This document shows positions 1 to 7,271 of a stretch of DNA of 42,813 nt, piece after piece. The notes under the pieces are model-generated. The model searched no databases. It saw nothing but the letters and a program-made list of their open reading frames with translations, and was not told the origin of the DNA. Within the stretch, counting starts at the first letter, position 1, and every line of letters starts with the position of its first letter. The DNA is from Clostridiaceae bacterium (GTDB lineage Bacteria; Bacillota; Clostridia; Saccharofermentanales; Fastidiosipilaceae): the NCBI GenBank assembly GCA_012800515.1, contig JAAZJE010000008.1, forward strand, positions 1 to 42,813. Direction: 5' to 3'. The position numbers were made by a program, and so were the translations under genes.

Positions 1-485
1 AGGACAATAAGGATCGTGAATGGGCTCTCATCGGTCTGGAAGATCTGCGCACCGCTTTCTGTCGGAAAGAGAATATCGCCTACCAGAGTAATTTGCGCCG
101 GGGCATTCCCCGGAACTACGAATATATTGATGCTTTACTGAAAATCGAGCCGCAGCTTGAGCTTTGCCGAGAGCAGAATATACCGCCCGAACGGCGCATT
201 GTTCTGCAACATAATCCGGATCTCATCCTCAGCCTGCCCCAGGGTAAAGTCGGCTACTTTCTAAGCGGTCATTTCCACGGCGGTCAGGTTTGGCTTCCCT
301 TCGGTCTGGAATACACTTTTCTGCGTCAAGAGCGCCTCTGTAAAATGGGTATAACGCGGGGAGTTTTTCGCTGGGGCAAAATCCGCGGCTACATTTCCCG
401 CGGACTCGGTTGCGTTTTTCTTCCAATCCGTCTCGGTTCCCGTCCGGAAATGGCTGTTTTGGAATTGACAAGTACCGAGGCTTAA
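1..485 (+). CDS. metallophosphoesterase (calcineurin-like/YkuE-type), C-terminal part; the 5' end lies outside the window
   Basis: Frame 3 is open from base 3 to TAA 483-485, so the listed 93..485 ORF is only the Met-delimited tail. The translation carries C-terminal metallophosphoesterase motifs: RIVLQHNPD, LSGHFHGGQVWLP, YISRGLG, PIRLGSRPEMAVLEL. Confidence 0.8.
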   Translation, partial: DNKDREWALIGLEDLRTAFCRKENIAYQSNLRRGIPRNYEYIDALLKIEPQLELCREQNIPPERRIVLQHNPDLILSLPQGKVGYFLSGHFHGGQVWLPFGLEYTFLRQERLCKMGITRGVFRWGKIRGYISRGLGCVFLPIRLGSRPEMAVLELTSTEA

Positions 486-509
486 AGTAAAATGTGACAA
501 CATTCCGAT

Positions 510-596
510 GCCGGTGTGTCGGAACTGGCAGACGACCGCGACTCAAAATCGCGTGCCTGGAAGGGCGTGTGGGTTCGATCCCCACCACCGGCACCA
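510..596 (+). tRNA. tRNA-Leu (anticodon CAA), class II with long variable arm, CCA encoded
   Basis: Cloverleaf folded by hand. Acceptor GCCGGTG/CACCGGC; anticodon stem CGCGA/TCGCG with loop CTCAAAA; long variable arm; T arm GTGGG-TTCGATC-CCCAC; discriminator A followed by CCA. Confidence 0.95.
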
Positions 597-681
597 CATA
601 GTTTTTCCGATTTCGTAATTTTTGCGAGTGAAATTTTACCGGAATTACCGATAATAATTATTGAAAGGAAGGTCACATTGT

Positions 682-1056
682 ATGGCAGTAGTGCATGAAG
701 CCGGAGAAATGTATTTGGAAACGATCTTGGTTCTCAGCCGCAAAATGGATGCGGTTCGTTCCGTTGACGTAGCCAACAGAATGGGATATTCCCGTCCCAC
801 CATCAGTGTTATGATGAAAAAATTCCGTCGCGACGGACTCATCACGATGAACGAGGCGGGCCACATCACTCTGACCGATTCAGGACGTGAGATTGCCGAG
901 CGCGTTTATGAACGTCATGAGGTTATCTCCAAATTCCTGCGCTCAATCGGTGTGGGGCGCGAACAGGCCTACAAAGATGCCTGCCTAATGGAGCATGACA
1001 TAAGCGACGAGAGCTTTGCCGCCTTGAAGGAACATATGAGCGGAATCGACGCCTAG
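682..1056 (+). CDS. mntR: DtxR/MntR-family metal-dependent transcriptional regulator (short form without SH3 domain)
   Basis: The translation MAVVHEAGEMYLETILVLS...VRSVDVANRMGYSRPTISVMMKKFRRDGLI...GREIAERVYERHEVISKFL...ACLMEHDISDES shows the winged-helix and metal-binding/dimerisation pattern of the DtxR family. I moved the start to ATG 682, which lies 9 nt after GGAAGG (667-672). The exact metal specificity is not determinable. Confidence 0.75.
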   Translation: MAVVHEAGEMYLETILVLSRKMDAVRSVDVANRMGYSRPTISVMMKKFRRDGLITMNEAGHITLTDSGREIAERVYERHEVISKFLRSIGVGREQAYKDACLMEHDISDESFAALKEHMSGIDA

Positions 1057-1066
1057 CCGCACTCCT

Positions 1067-2413
1067 CTATCCGTGAAGCTGTTTAAGCGTCGCTACAACG
1101 CTGTCCACCAAATCATACCCGACCGAAACGTCCATCATGCCCTGCCAGACTTCGTAGCCGCCCATTTCCGCCTCCTCACGGGTCACGCAATAGCCCGGCA
1201 AATAGCCGTTGGACAAAGTGAAAACAAAAGTGTCCTCAAAAGGCGAGCGCTCCTTGATGGCCAGACTGAATTCCATAAAGATCTCACCCGGAAGAAAAAC
1301 ATACGCCGCATCATTGATCAATGTAATTTGGAATGTATAGGGACGATTTTCGGCCAGATATGTGTCCATATCACCGGCGGTATGCAGACGCGCATAACGC
1401 ACGCCGTACTCAGCTCCCAGAACCCAGAGATTGGCAGTCTGTGTCTCGGTATACGAACCGCCGGCATCAATGATTTCCTGTTCGCGCCGGCGACATTCCG
1501 CTAGGCGGCGCTCGGCACCGGGCAGATCACCGAAGTCCTTTAGTTTGACATTGATCGGTACCATAACATTTTTCAGTTCAACCGTATCCGTGTAGCTGAG
1601 CTGCGGAATCACTTCCATAATTCCCTCCGAAAGCAGGTCGGCGAAGCGCTTCGCTTCGGCAAAAGTCTGACCGGTACGGAAATAGCGGGAACTCTGATCG
1701 CCCGATGCCCCCTGTCCGAACATGAATACGGCCGAGGGGAATTTCTTCGCGAAGTATACCCGCATTGCGCCCGGATAATCCGCGCTGACCAGCTCGCTCT
1801 CCGCGTGCAGGAAAGTCGGGTGCATCGAATAGGCGACATAGATGGCACGCAACTGTCCCGACAAGTCACGCACCAGAAGAATCGGCATTTCCGGATCGGC
1901 CGGTCCGTTTTCCGGATCACGGCGATTGCCCTTGATTCCATGTTCTTTACCGCGATAGGCCTTGCCCTGGGCAATCTCCGCAGGGAAAGGATTCGCCAAC
2001 GCCTCGAGTCCCAGATCAGCGCACTTGTTTAATAACCAGGCAACATACTCTTCGTCAATCGACTCGACATAAGATTCATTGTCATCGTTGGCAGGGAAAT
2101 CGGCTCCGGTTATCGGCGCACTATGCGTATGAGAACAAGTAATATTGATCTGTTCCGGGCGCAGCCCGATATTGCTCCCGGCGATGATAGTTTGCTTGAT
2201 TTTATCGACCTGAGACCGGGTTAAAATCAGCAAGTCGGATGACATTATCAGGATCTGCTCGCTACTACGCTCATCCTTAAGATATAGCCAAGTGGCGTAG
2301 AGAGGATCATGGACCCCCGTGTTTAGGCGCTCATAATGAGGATATCCGCCTAATTGAATCCCCTGGGGCGGCGATATCTCGCCGATAGATGTTCCTGCTA
2401 GTATTTTACTCAT
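1067..2413 (-). CDS. neutral/alkaline ceramidase-like (N-terminal domain family) protein, paralogue 1 of 3; no signal peptide
   Basis: 448 aa from ATG 2413. GGAGG lies 6 nt upstream; the listed start 2419 is a TTG two codons earlier. Motifs: IGEISPPQGIQLGGYPHYERLNTGVHDPLYA, CSHTHSAP, LPGEIFMEF. Roughly 85-90% identical by eye to the ORFs at 2571 and 4184. Confidence 0.75.
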   Translation of the reverse strand: MSKILAGTSIGEISPPQGIQLGGYPHYERLNTGVHDPLYATWLYLKDERSSEQILIMSSDLLILTRSQVDKIKQTIIAGSNIGLRPEQINITCSHTHSAPITGADFPANDDNESYVESIDEEYVAWLLNKCADLGLEALANPFPAEIAQGKAYRGKEHGIKGNRRDPENGPADPEMPILLVRDLSGQLRAIYVAYSMHPTFLHAESELVSADYPGAMRVYFAKKFPSAVFMFGQGASGDQSSRYFRTGQTFAEAKRFADLLSEGIMEVIPQLSYTDTVELKNVMVPINVKLKDFGDLPGAERRLAECRRREQEIIDAGGSYTETQTANLWVLGAEYGVRYARLHTAGDMDTYLAENRPYTFQITLINDAAYVFLPGEIFMEFSLAIKERSPFEDTFVFTLSNGYLPGYCVTREEAEMGGYEVWQGMMDVSVGYDLVDSVVATLKQLHG

Positions 2414-2499
2414 ACTCAACCTCCTGCGGTTTTACGCTATCACTGTAGCACTATTTGGCGGAGAGGAAAAGCAGATCGGTTTTTGTTGAAAGATAGAAG

Positions 2500-2535
2500 A
2501 AGAGCCCGGTGTCTAAATACTTGCGCCGGGCTCTT
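2500..2535 (-). terminator. hairpin terminator downstream of ceramidase-like paralogue 2
   Basis: AAGAGCCCGG (2500-2509) pairs with CCGGGCTCTT (2526-2535). On the minus strand it is followed by the moderately T-rich CTTCTATCTTTC. A homologous hairpin occurs at 4113-4148. Confidence 0.6.
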
Positions 2536-2570
2536 TGACATCAGGTGTTTCTTTTGTCCGATAAAATCTC

Positions 2571-3917
2571 CTAGCCGTTGATCTTCTGCAACGTTGCCAC
2601 AACGCTGTCCGCCATATCATATCCGACCGAAACGTCCATCATGCTCTGCCAGACTTCATAGCCACCCGTCGCCGCCTCATCACGGGTCACGCAATAGCCC
2701 GGCAGAGAGCCGTTGGACAAGGTGAGAACATAAGTGTCCTCAAAAGGCGAGCGCTCCTTGATATCCAGGCTGAATTCGACAAAGATCTCGCCCGGAAGGA
2801 AAACATACGCCGCATCATTGATTAATGTTATTTGGAATGTATAGGGAACGTTGTCGGCCAAATGAGCATCCATCTCACCGGCGGCATGCAGACGCGCATA
2901 ACGCACACCGTGCTCCGCTCCCAGAACCCAGAGGTTGGCAGTCTGTGTCTCGGTGTACGAAGCGCCGGCATCAATGAGTTCCTGTTCGCGACGGCGACAC
3001 TCCGCCAACCGCCGCTCGGCACCGGGCAGATCACTGAAGTCCTTCAGTTTGACATTGATCGGCACCATAACATTTTTCAGTTCAACAGTATCCGTGTAGC
3101 TGAGCTGCGGAATCACTTCCATGATTCCCTCCGAAAGCACGTCGGCGAAGCGCTTCGCTTCGGCAAAAGTCTGCCCGGTACGGAAATAGCGGGAACTCTG
3201 ATCGCCCGACGCCCCCTGTCCGAACATGAATACGGCCGAGGGGAATTTCTTCGCGAAGTATACCCGCATTGCGCCCGGATAATCCGCGCTGACCAGCTTG
3301 CTCTCCGCATGCAGAAAAGTCGGGTGCATCGAATAGGCAACATAGATGACACGCAGCTGTCCCGATAAATCGCGCACCAGAAGAATCGGCATTTCCGGAT
3401 CGGCCGGTCCGTTTTCCGGATCGCGGCGATTGCCCTTGATTCCGTGTTCTTTACCGCGATAGGCCTTACCCTGGGCAATCTCCGCAGGGAAAGTATTTGC
3501 CAACGCCTCGAGTCCCAGATCAGCGCACTTTTTTAACAACCAGGCAACATAATCCTCATCCGCCGGCCCGACATAAGATTCCTTGTCTTTGCTGGCGCGG
3601 AAACCGCCTCTGGTTATCGGCGCACTATGCGTATGAGAACAAGTAACATTTATCTGCTCCGGCTGTAACCCGATATTACTCCCGACGATGATAGCCTGTT
3701 TGATTTTATCAACCTGAGACCGACTGAAATTCAACAAATCGGATGACATTATCAGAGTCTGCTCGCCGCTACGCTCATCCTTAAGATATAGCCAAGTGGC
3801 GTAGAGAGGATCATGGATTCCCGTGTTCAGGCGCTCATAATGAGGATATCCGCCTAATTGAATCCCCTGGGGCGGTGATACCTCGCCGATAGATATTTCT
3901 GCTAGTATTTTACTCAT
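2571..3917 (-). CDS. neutral/alkaline ceramidase-like protein, paralogue 2 of 3
   Basis: 448 aa with the same motifs as paralogue 1 (GYPHYERLNTGIHDPLYA, CSHTHSAP). GGAGG RBS (caggaggttaaatATG). Confidence 0.75.
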   Translation of the reverse strand: MSKILAEISIGEVSPPQGIQLGGYPHYERLNTGIHDPLYATWLYLKDERSGEQTLIMSSDLLNFSRSQVDKIKQAIIVGSNIGLQPEQINVTCSHTHSAPITRGGFRASKDKESYVGPADEDYVAWLLKKCADLGLEALANTFPAEIAQGKAYRGKEHGIKGNRRDPENGPADPEMPILLVRDLSGQLRVIYVAYSMHPTFLHAESKLVSADYPGAMRVYFAKKFPSAVFMFGQGASGDQSSRYFRTGQTFAEAKRFADVLSEGIMEVIPQLSYTDTVELKNVMVPINVKLKDFSDLPGAERRLAECRRREQELIDAGASYTETQTANLWVLGAEHGVRYARLHAAGEMDAHLADNVPYTFQITLINDAAYVFLPGEIFVEFSLDIKERSPFEDTYVLTLSNGSLPGYCVTRDEAATGGYEVWQSMMDVSVGYDMADSVVATLQKING

Positions 3918-3979
3918 ATTTAACCTCCTGCGGTTTTTATACTGTTACTGTAGCACTATTTGGCGGAGAGGAGAAGCAG

Positions 3980-4098
3980 ATAAGTAATATTTGACATAAT
4001 GTCGACCCGGAATTGATTACTCCGGAAAAATTTGTTGGTGTTGCCGAAATCCCGGCTTACAGAAAAAGTATTAGCCGGATAAACGCATCTGTCTTTTG
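3980..4098 (+). pseudogene. ppa: decayed 5' fragment of the inorganic pyrophosphatase gene, co-duplicated with the ceramidase-like unit
   Basis: Aligns base-for-base with ppa 5594-5716. My hand count gives about 22 substitutions plus one 3-nt gap. ATG became ATA, TGG became TGA, and there is an in-frame TAG. The homology ends exactly at the duplication junction. Confidence 0.85.
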
Positions 4099-4112
4099 TT
4101 GAAAGATCGTAG

Positions 4113-4148
4113 AATAGCCCGGCGCAAGTATTTAAGCGCCGGGCTATT
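4113..4148 (-). terminator. hairpin terminator downstream of ceramidase-like paralogue 3
   Basis: Perfect 13-bp stem AATAGCCCGGCGC / GCGCCGGGCTATT with a 10-nt loop. The minus-strand tail is CTACGATCTTTC. Confidence 0.6.
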
Positions 4149-4183
4149 TGACATCAGGTGTTTCTTTTGTCCGATAAAATCTC

Positions 4184-5530
4184 TTAGCCGTTTATCTTCT
4201 GCAGCGTCGCCACAACGCTGTCCGCCATATCATATCCGACCGAAACATCCATCATGCTCTGCCAAACCTCGTAGCCGCCTGCTTCCGCTTCTTCCCGTGT
4301 CACACAGTAACCCGGCAAAGATCCGTTAGACAAAGTGAAAACAAAGGTATCCTCAAAAGGGGAACGCTCCTTGATATCCAGACCGAATTCCACAAATATC
4401 TCGCCCGGGAGAAAGACGTATGCCGCGTCGTTGATCAGAGTGATTTGGAACGCGAAGGAGCCGTGGGGAGCCAGATATGCATCCATCTCACCCGAAGCGT
4501 ACAAACGCGCATAGCGCACGCCGTGCTCCGCTCCCAGAACCCAGAGATTCGCCGTCTGTGTTTCGGTGTAAGAACCGCCGGCCGCGATGGCCTCCTGCTC
4601 ACGCTTCAGACATTCTTCCAAGCGTTTTTCGGCGCCGGGCAGGTCGCTGAAGTCTTTCAGCTTAACATTGATCGGCACCGTGACATTTTTCAACTCAACC
4701 GTATCCGTGTAGCTGAGCTGCGGAATCGCTTCCATAATTCCTTCCGCAAGCAGTGTTCCAAAGCGCTTCGCTTCGGCAAAAGTCTGTCCGGTACGGAAAT
4801 AACGGGAACTCTGGTCGCCCGAGGTGCCCTGTCCGAACATAAACACGGCCGTGGGGAATTTTTCCGCGAAATATGCCCGCATCGCGCCGGGATAGTCCGC
4901 ACTGACCAGTTTACTCTCGGCATGCAGGAACGTCGGATGCATCGAATAGGCGACATGGATGGCGCGCAACTGTCCAGACAAATCGCGCACCAGAAGAATC
5001 GGCATTTCCGGATCGGCAGGTCCGTTCTCCGGATCGCGACGATTGCCCTTGATGCCGTGCTCTTTGCCGCGATAGGCCTTACCCTGTGCTATCTCCGCCG
5101 GGAAAGTATTCGCCAGTGCCTCAAGGCCCAGCTCCGCGCATTTCGCCAGCAGCCAGGCAACATACTCCTCATTGACCGGCTCGACATATGACTCATCGTC
5201 TCCGCTGGCACGACTGCCGCCGATGGTCGTCGGCGCACTGTGCGTATGGGAGCAGGTAACGTTGATCTGTTCCGGACGCAGCCCGATATCACTGCCCGCG
5301 ATGATGGCCTGCTTGATTTTATCGACCTGAGTTCCTCTGAAATTCAGTAAGTCGGATGACATTATCAGCACCTGCTCACCGCTACGCTCATCCTTCAGAT
5401 ATAACCAGGTAGCGTAAAGAGGGTCGTGGATCCCCGTGTTTAAACGCTCGTAATGGGGGTATCCGGCCAGTTGAATCCCCTGGGGCGGTGATACCTCGCC
5501 GATAGATATGCCTGCTGTTATTTTACTCAT
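4184..5530 (-). CDS. neutral/alkaline ceramidase-like protein, paralogue 3 of 3 (ppa-proximal)
   Basis: 448 aa with the same motifs. GGAGG RBS (gtaggaggttaagcATG). Confidence 0.75.
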   Translation of the reverse strand: MSKITAGISIGEVSPPQGIQLAGYPHYERLNTGIHDPLYATWLYLKDERSGEQVLIMSSDLLNFRGTQVDKIKQAIIAGSDIGLRPEQINVTCSHTHSAPTTIGGSRASGDDESYVEPVNEEYVAWLLAKCAELGLEALANTFPAEIAQGKAYRGKEHGIKGNRRDPENGPADPEMPILLVRDLSGQLRAIHVAYSMHPTFLHAESKLVSADYPGAMRAYFAEKFPTAVFMFGQGTSGDQSSRYFRTGQTFAEAKRFGTLLAEGIMEAIPQLSYTDTVELKNVTVPINVKLKDFSDLPGAEKRLEECLKREQEAIAAGGSYTETQTANLWVLGAEHGVRYARLYASGEMDAYLAPHGSFAFQITLINDAAYVFLPGEIFVEFGLDIKERSPFEDTFVFTLSNGSLPGYCVTREEAEAGGYEVWQSMMDVSVGYDMADSVVATLQKING

Positions 5531-5552
5531 GCTTAACCTCCTACGGTATTTG

Positions 5553-5568
5553 TGCTATCATTATAGCA
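5553..5568 (-). promoter_or_regulatory. putative -10 box (TATAAT, 5560-5565 on the minus strand) embedded in the 16-bp palindrome TGCTAT-CATT-ATAGCA, upstream of paralogue 3
   Basis: Read directly from the sequence. The -10 lies about 30 nt upstream of ATG 5530, and the -35 is poor (TTCCTC). The palindrome arms are mutated in the duplicated copies upstream of paralogues 1 and 2, where the -10 reads TACAGT. Confidence 0.4.
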
Positions 5569-5593
5569 CTACCGCGGCGACGAGGAGGAACAG

Positions 5594-6145
5594 ATGAGTA
5601 CCATTTGGCATAGTGTCGACCCGGAACTGATAACTCCGGAGAAATTCATCGGCGTCATCGAAATTCCGGCCTACAGTAAAAAGAAGTATGAGCTGGATAA
5701 ACGCACCGGTCTTTTGCGCCTGGATCGCATCCTGTACACGTCTACACACTATCCCGCCAATTACGGCTTCATACCGCGCACTTATGCCGACGACGGCGAC
5801 CCCCTCGATGTACTGATCATATGTACGGAAATTCTTGATCCGCTGGTCATGGTCGAGGCCTATCCCATCGGGGTCATACGCATGATGGACGGTGACGAGG
5901 TCGACGACAAGATCATCGCCATCCCAACCCAGGATCCGACCTGGAATTTCTACCAGGATCTATCTGAGCTACCGCCGCATATCGCGCACGAGATCGAACA
6001 CTTTTTCGAAATTTATAAGTCACTCGAGCACAAACATTCCGCCATCAGTGATACGCTGGGTCGCGAAGAGGCTCTGACTATTATTCAAGACTGCATCAAC
6101 CGCTACAAAATCCATTTCTGCGGCATGCGAATGCCGAACGGCTGA
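5594..6145 (+). CDS. ppa: inorganic pyrophosphatase, family I
   Basis: 183 aa with GGAGG 5 nt upstream. Motifs: EIPAYSKKKYELDK, YPANYGFIPRTYADDGDPLDVLI, DDKIIAIP. Confidence 0.93.
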   Translation: MSTIWHSVDPELITPEKFIGVIEIPAYSKKKYELDKRTGLLRLDRILYTSTHYPANYGFIPRTYADDGDPLDVLIICTEILDPLVMVEAYPIGVIRMMDGDEVDDKIIAIPTQDPTWNFYQDLSELPPHIAHEIEHFFEIYKSLEHKHSAISDTLGREEALTIIQDCINRYKIHFCGMRMPNG

Positions 6146-6245
6146 TTTCAACTTTTGACAATTGAACCTTTTTCGCTGTTCCCCGCACAAGGGATAGCTG
6201 TATATAGGAATAGGCGTTATAGCACCCGAAATACGGGAGGGTAAG

Positions 6246-7271
6246 ATGAACACACAAGATAATATCATTCTAAAAGTTGAAAACCTCAGCAAAGTTTTCG
6301 CCGTCAAGCCGGAGCCGATTGAGGCGCTGATGGATATCAACCTGGAAATCTATGCCGGGGAGATCTTCGGGATTATAGGGCTCTCCGGCGCCGGTAAAAG
6401 CACCTTGATTCGCTGTCTCAACCTCCTGGAAAAGCCGACCTCGGGGCGGGTCTTCTTTAAGGGACGCGATTTAAGCGCCCTTCCCAAATCCGAGCTCCTC
6501 AAGCTGCGCCAATCGATGGGGATGATTTTCCAGAGCTTCAACCTCTTTCAACAACGTTCCGCCATCGAAAATATCTGCTATCCGCTGGAAATCGCCAGAG
6601 TTTCCCGCGAACAACGTTTGTCTCGCGCCCGCAAACTGCTGGAACTGGTCGGCTTGCCCGATCGGGAAACGGCCACTCCTTCCGAACTTTCCGGCGGACA
6701 GCAACAGCGCGTCGCCATCGCCCGCGCTCTCGCCACTTCCCCCTCCGTCCTGCTCTGCGACGAGGCAACCAGCGCCCTTGATCCCTCCACCACCGACTCG
6801 ATCCTTGCCCTGCTCAAGAAAATCAACCGCGAGCTCGGCGTTACAATTGTTCTGATCACCCACGAAATGTCCGTCGTTGAGCGCATCTGCGACCGCGTTG
6901 CCGTCATCGATCGCAGTCGCATTGTCGAAGTCGGCAGTGTGACGGAGATCTTCGTCCGACCGCAAAGCGCGATCGCCCGCCAACTGGTCTTTCCCGGCGG
7001 CGAGCTGGTCGAACGCCTGACCGGCGACACGGCTCTGCGCATCGTCTTCGACGGCGAATCTTCCTTTGAGCCTGTCCTGGCCAATATGGTTCTGGCCTGC
7101 CAGGCGCCGGTCAATATCCTCTCGGCCGACAGCAAAAACATCGAGGGTCGCGCCTACGGACAAATGCTGATTCAACTGCCCGACGACCCGGCCGCCCAAC
7201 GGCGGATTCACGAATATCTGAAATCACGCAACATAACCTTTACGGAGGAAATTTGGCATGACAACGCTTGA
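6246..7271 (+). CDS. metN: methionine ABC transporter ATP-binding protein
   Basis: Walker A GLSGAGKST, signature LSGGQQQRVAIARAL, Walker B LLCDEATSALD, and a C-terminal NIL-type domain. Followed by metI/metQ-like genes. Confidence 0.9.
   Translation: MNTQDNIILKVENLSKVFAVKPEPIEALMDINLEIYAGEIFGIIGLSGAGKSTLIRCLNLLEKPTSGRVFFKGRDLSALPKSELLKLRQSMGMIFQSFNLFQQRSAIENICYPLEIARVSREQRLSRARKLLELVGLPDRETATPSELSGGQQQRVAIARALATSPSVLLCDEATSALDPSTTDSILALLKKINRELGVTIVLITHEMSVVERICDRVAVIDRSRIVEVGSVTEIFVRPQSAIARQLVFPGGELVERLTGDTALRIVFDGESSFEPVLANMVLACQAPVNILSADSKNIEGRAYGQMLIQLPDDPAAQRRIHEYLKSRNITFTEEIWHDNA

Larger units (their letters stand above)
1060..5716 (-). repeat. tandem triplication; units approx 1060-2485, 2486-4098 and 4099-5716 (about 1.6 kb each, leftmost unit shorter at its distal end)
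   Basis: Hand alignment shows each unit is terminator, ceramidase-like gene, RBS/promoter, then the first ~120 nt of ppa. The junction motif CTTTTG|TTGAAAGAT occurs at 2485/2486 and 4098/4099. The corresponding CTTTTG in intact ppa is at 5711-5716. Confidence 0.85.

Noticed and set aside
229-698. ORFs overlapping the tRNA-Leu gene on both strands (229..597, 261..503, 482..676, 516..698).
   Set aside because: The region folds into a canonical class II tRNA, and the ORFs have no coding support.
1609-4956. An Arg/Cys-rich alternative-frame ORF that recurs in all three ceramidase-like copies (1609..1974, 3113..3478, 4690..4956). It looks 'conserved'.
   Set aside because: The conservation simply follows from the DNA identity of the repeats. 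The ORF boundaries differ in copy 3 and the composition is typical out-of-frame noise.
1073-5191. Plus-strand ORFs antisense to the ceramidase-like genes, e.g. 1073..1504, 2832..3368 and 4445..5191 (248 aa).
   Set aside because: These are shadow ORFs repeated because the underlying DNA is repeated. They have no start context or motifs.
510-5593. The idea that tRNA-Leu marks the insertion site of a genomic island carrying mntR plus the ceramidase-like array.
   Set aside because: There is no integrase or recombinase gene. I could find no direct repeat of the tRNA 3' end further downstream, and base composition looks the same as in the flanking core genes.
6146-6245. A possible SAM riboswitch or T-box in the 100-nt leader of metNIQ.
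   Set aside because: I cannot find the conserved S-box, SAM-II/III or T-box core sequences, and the leader is too short for a T-box. Only small hairpins are present (CCCG-AAATA-CGGG next to the RBS). A covariance-model scan (Rfam/Infernal) would be needed to rule it out completely.
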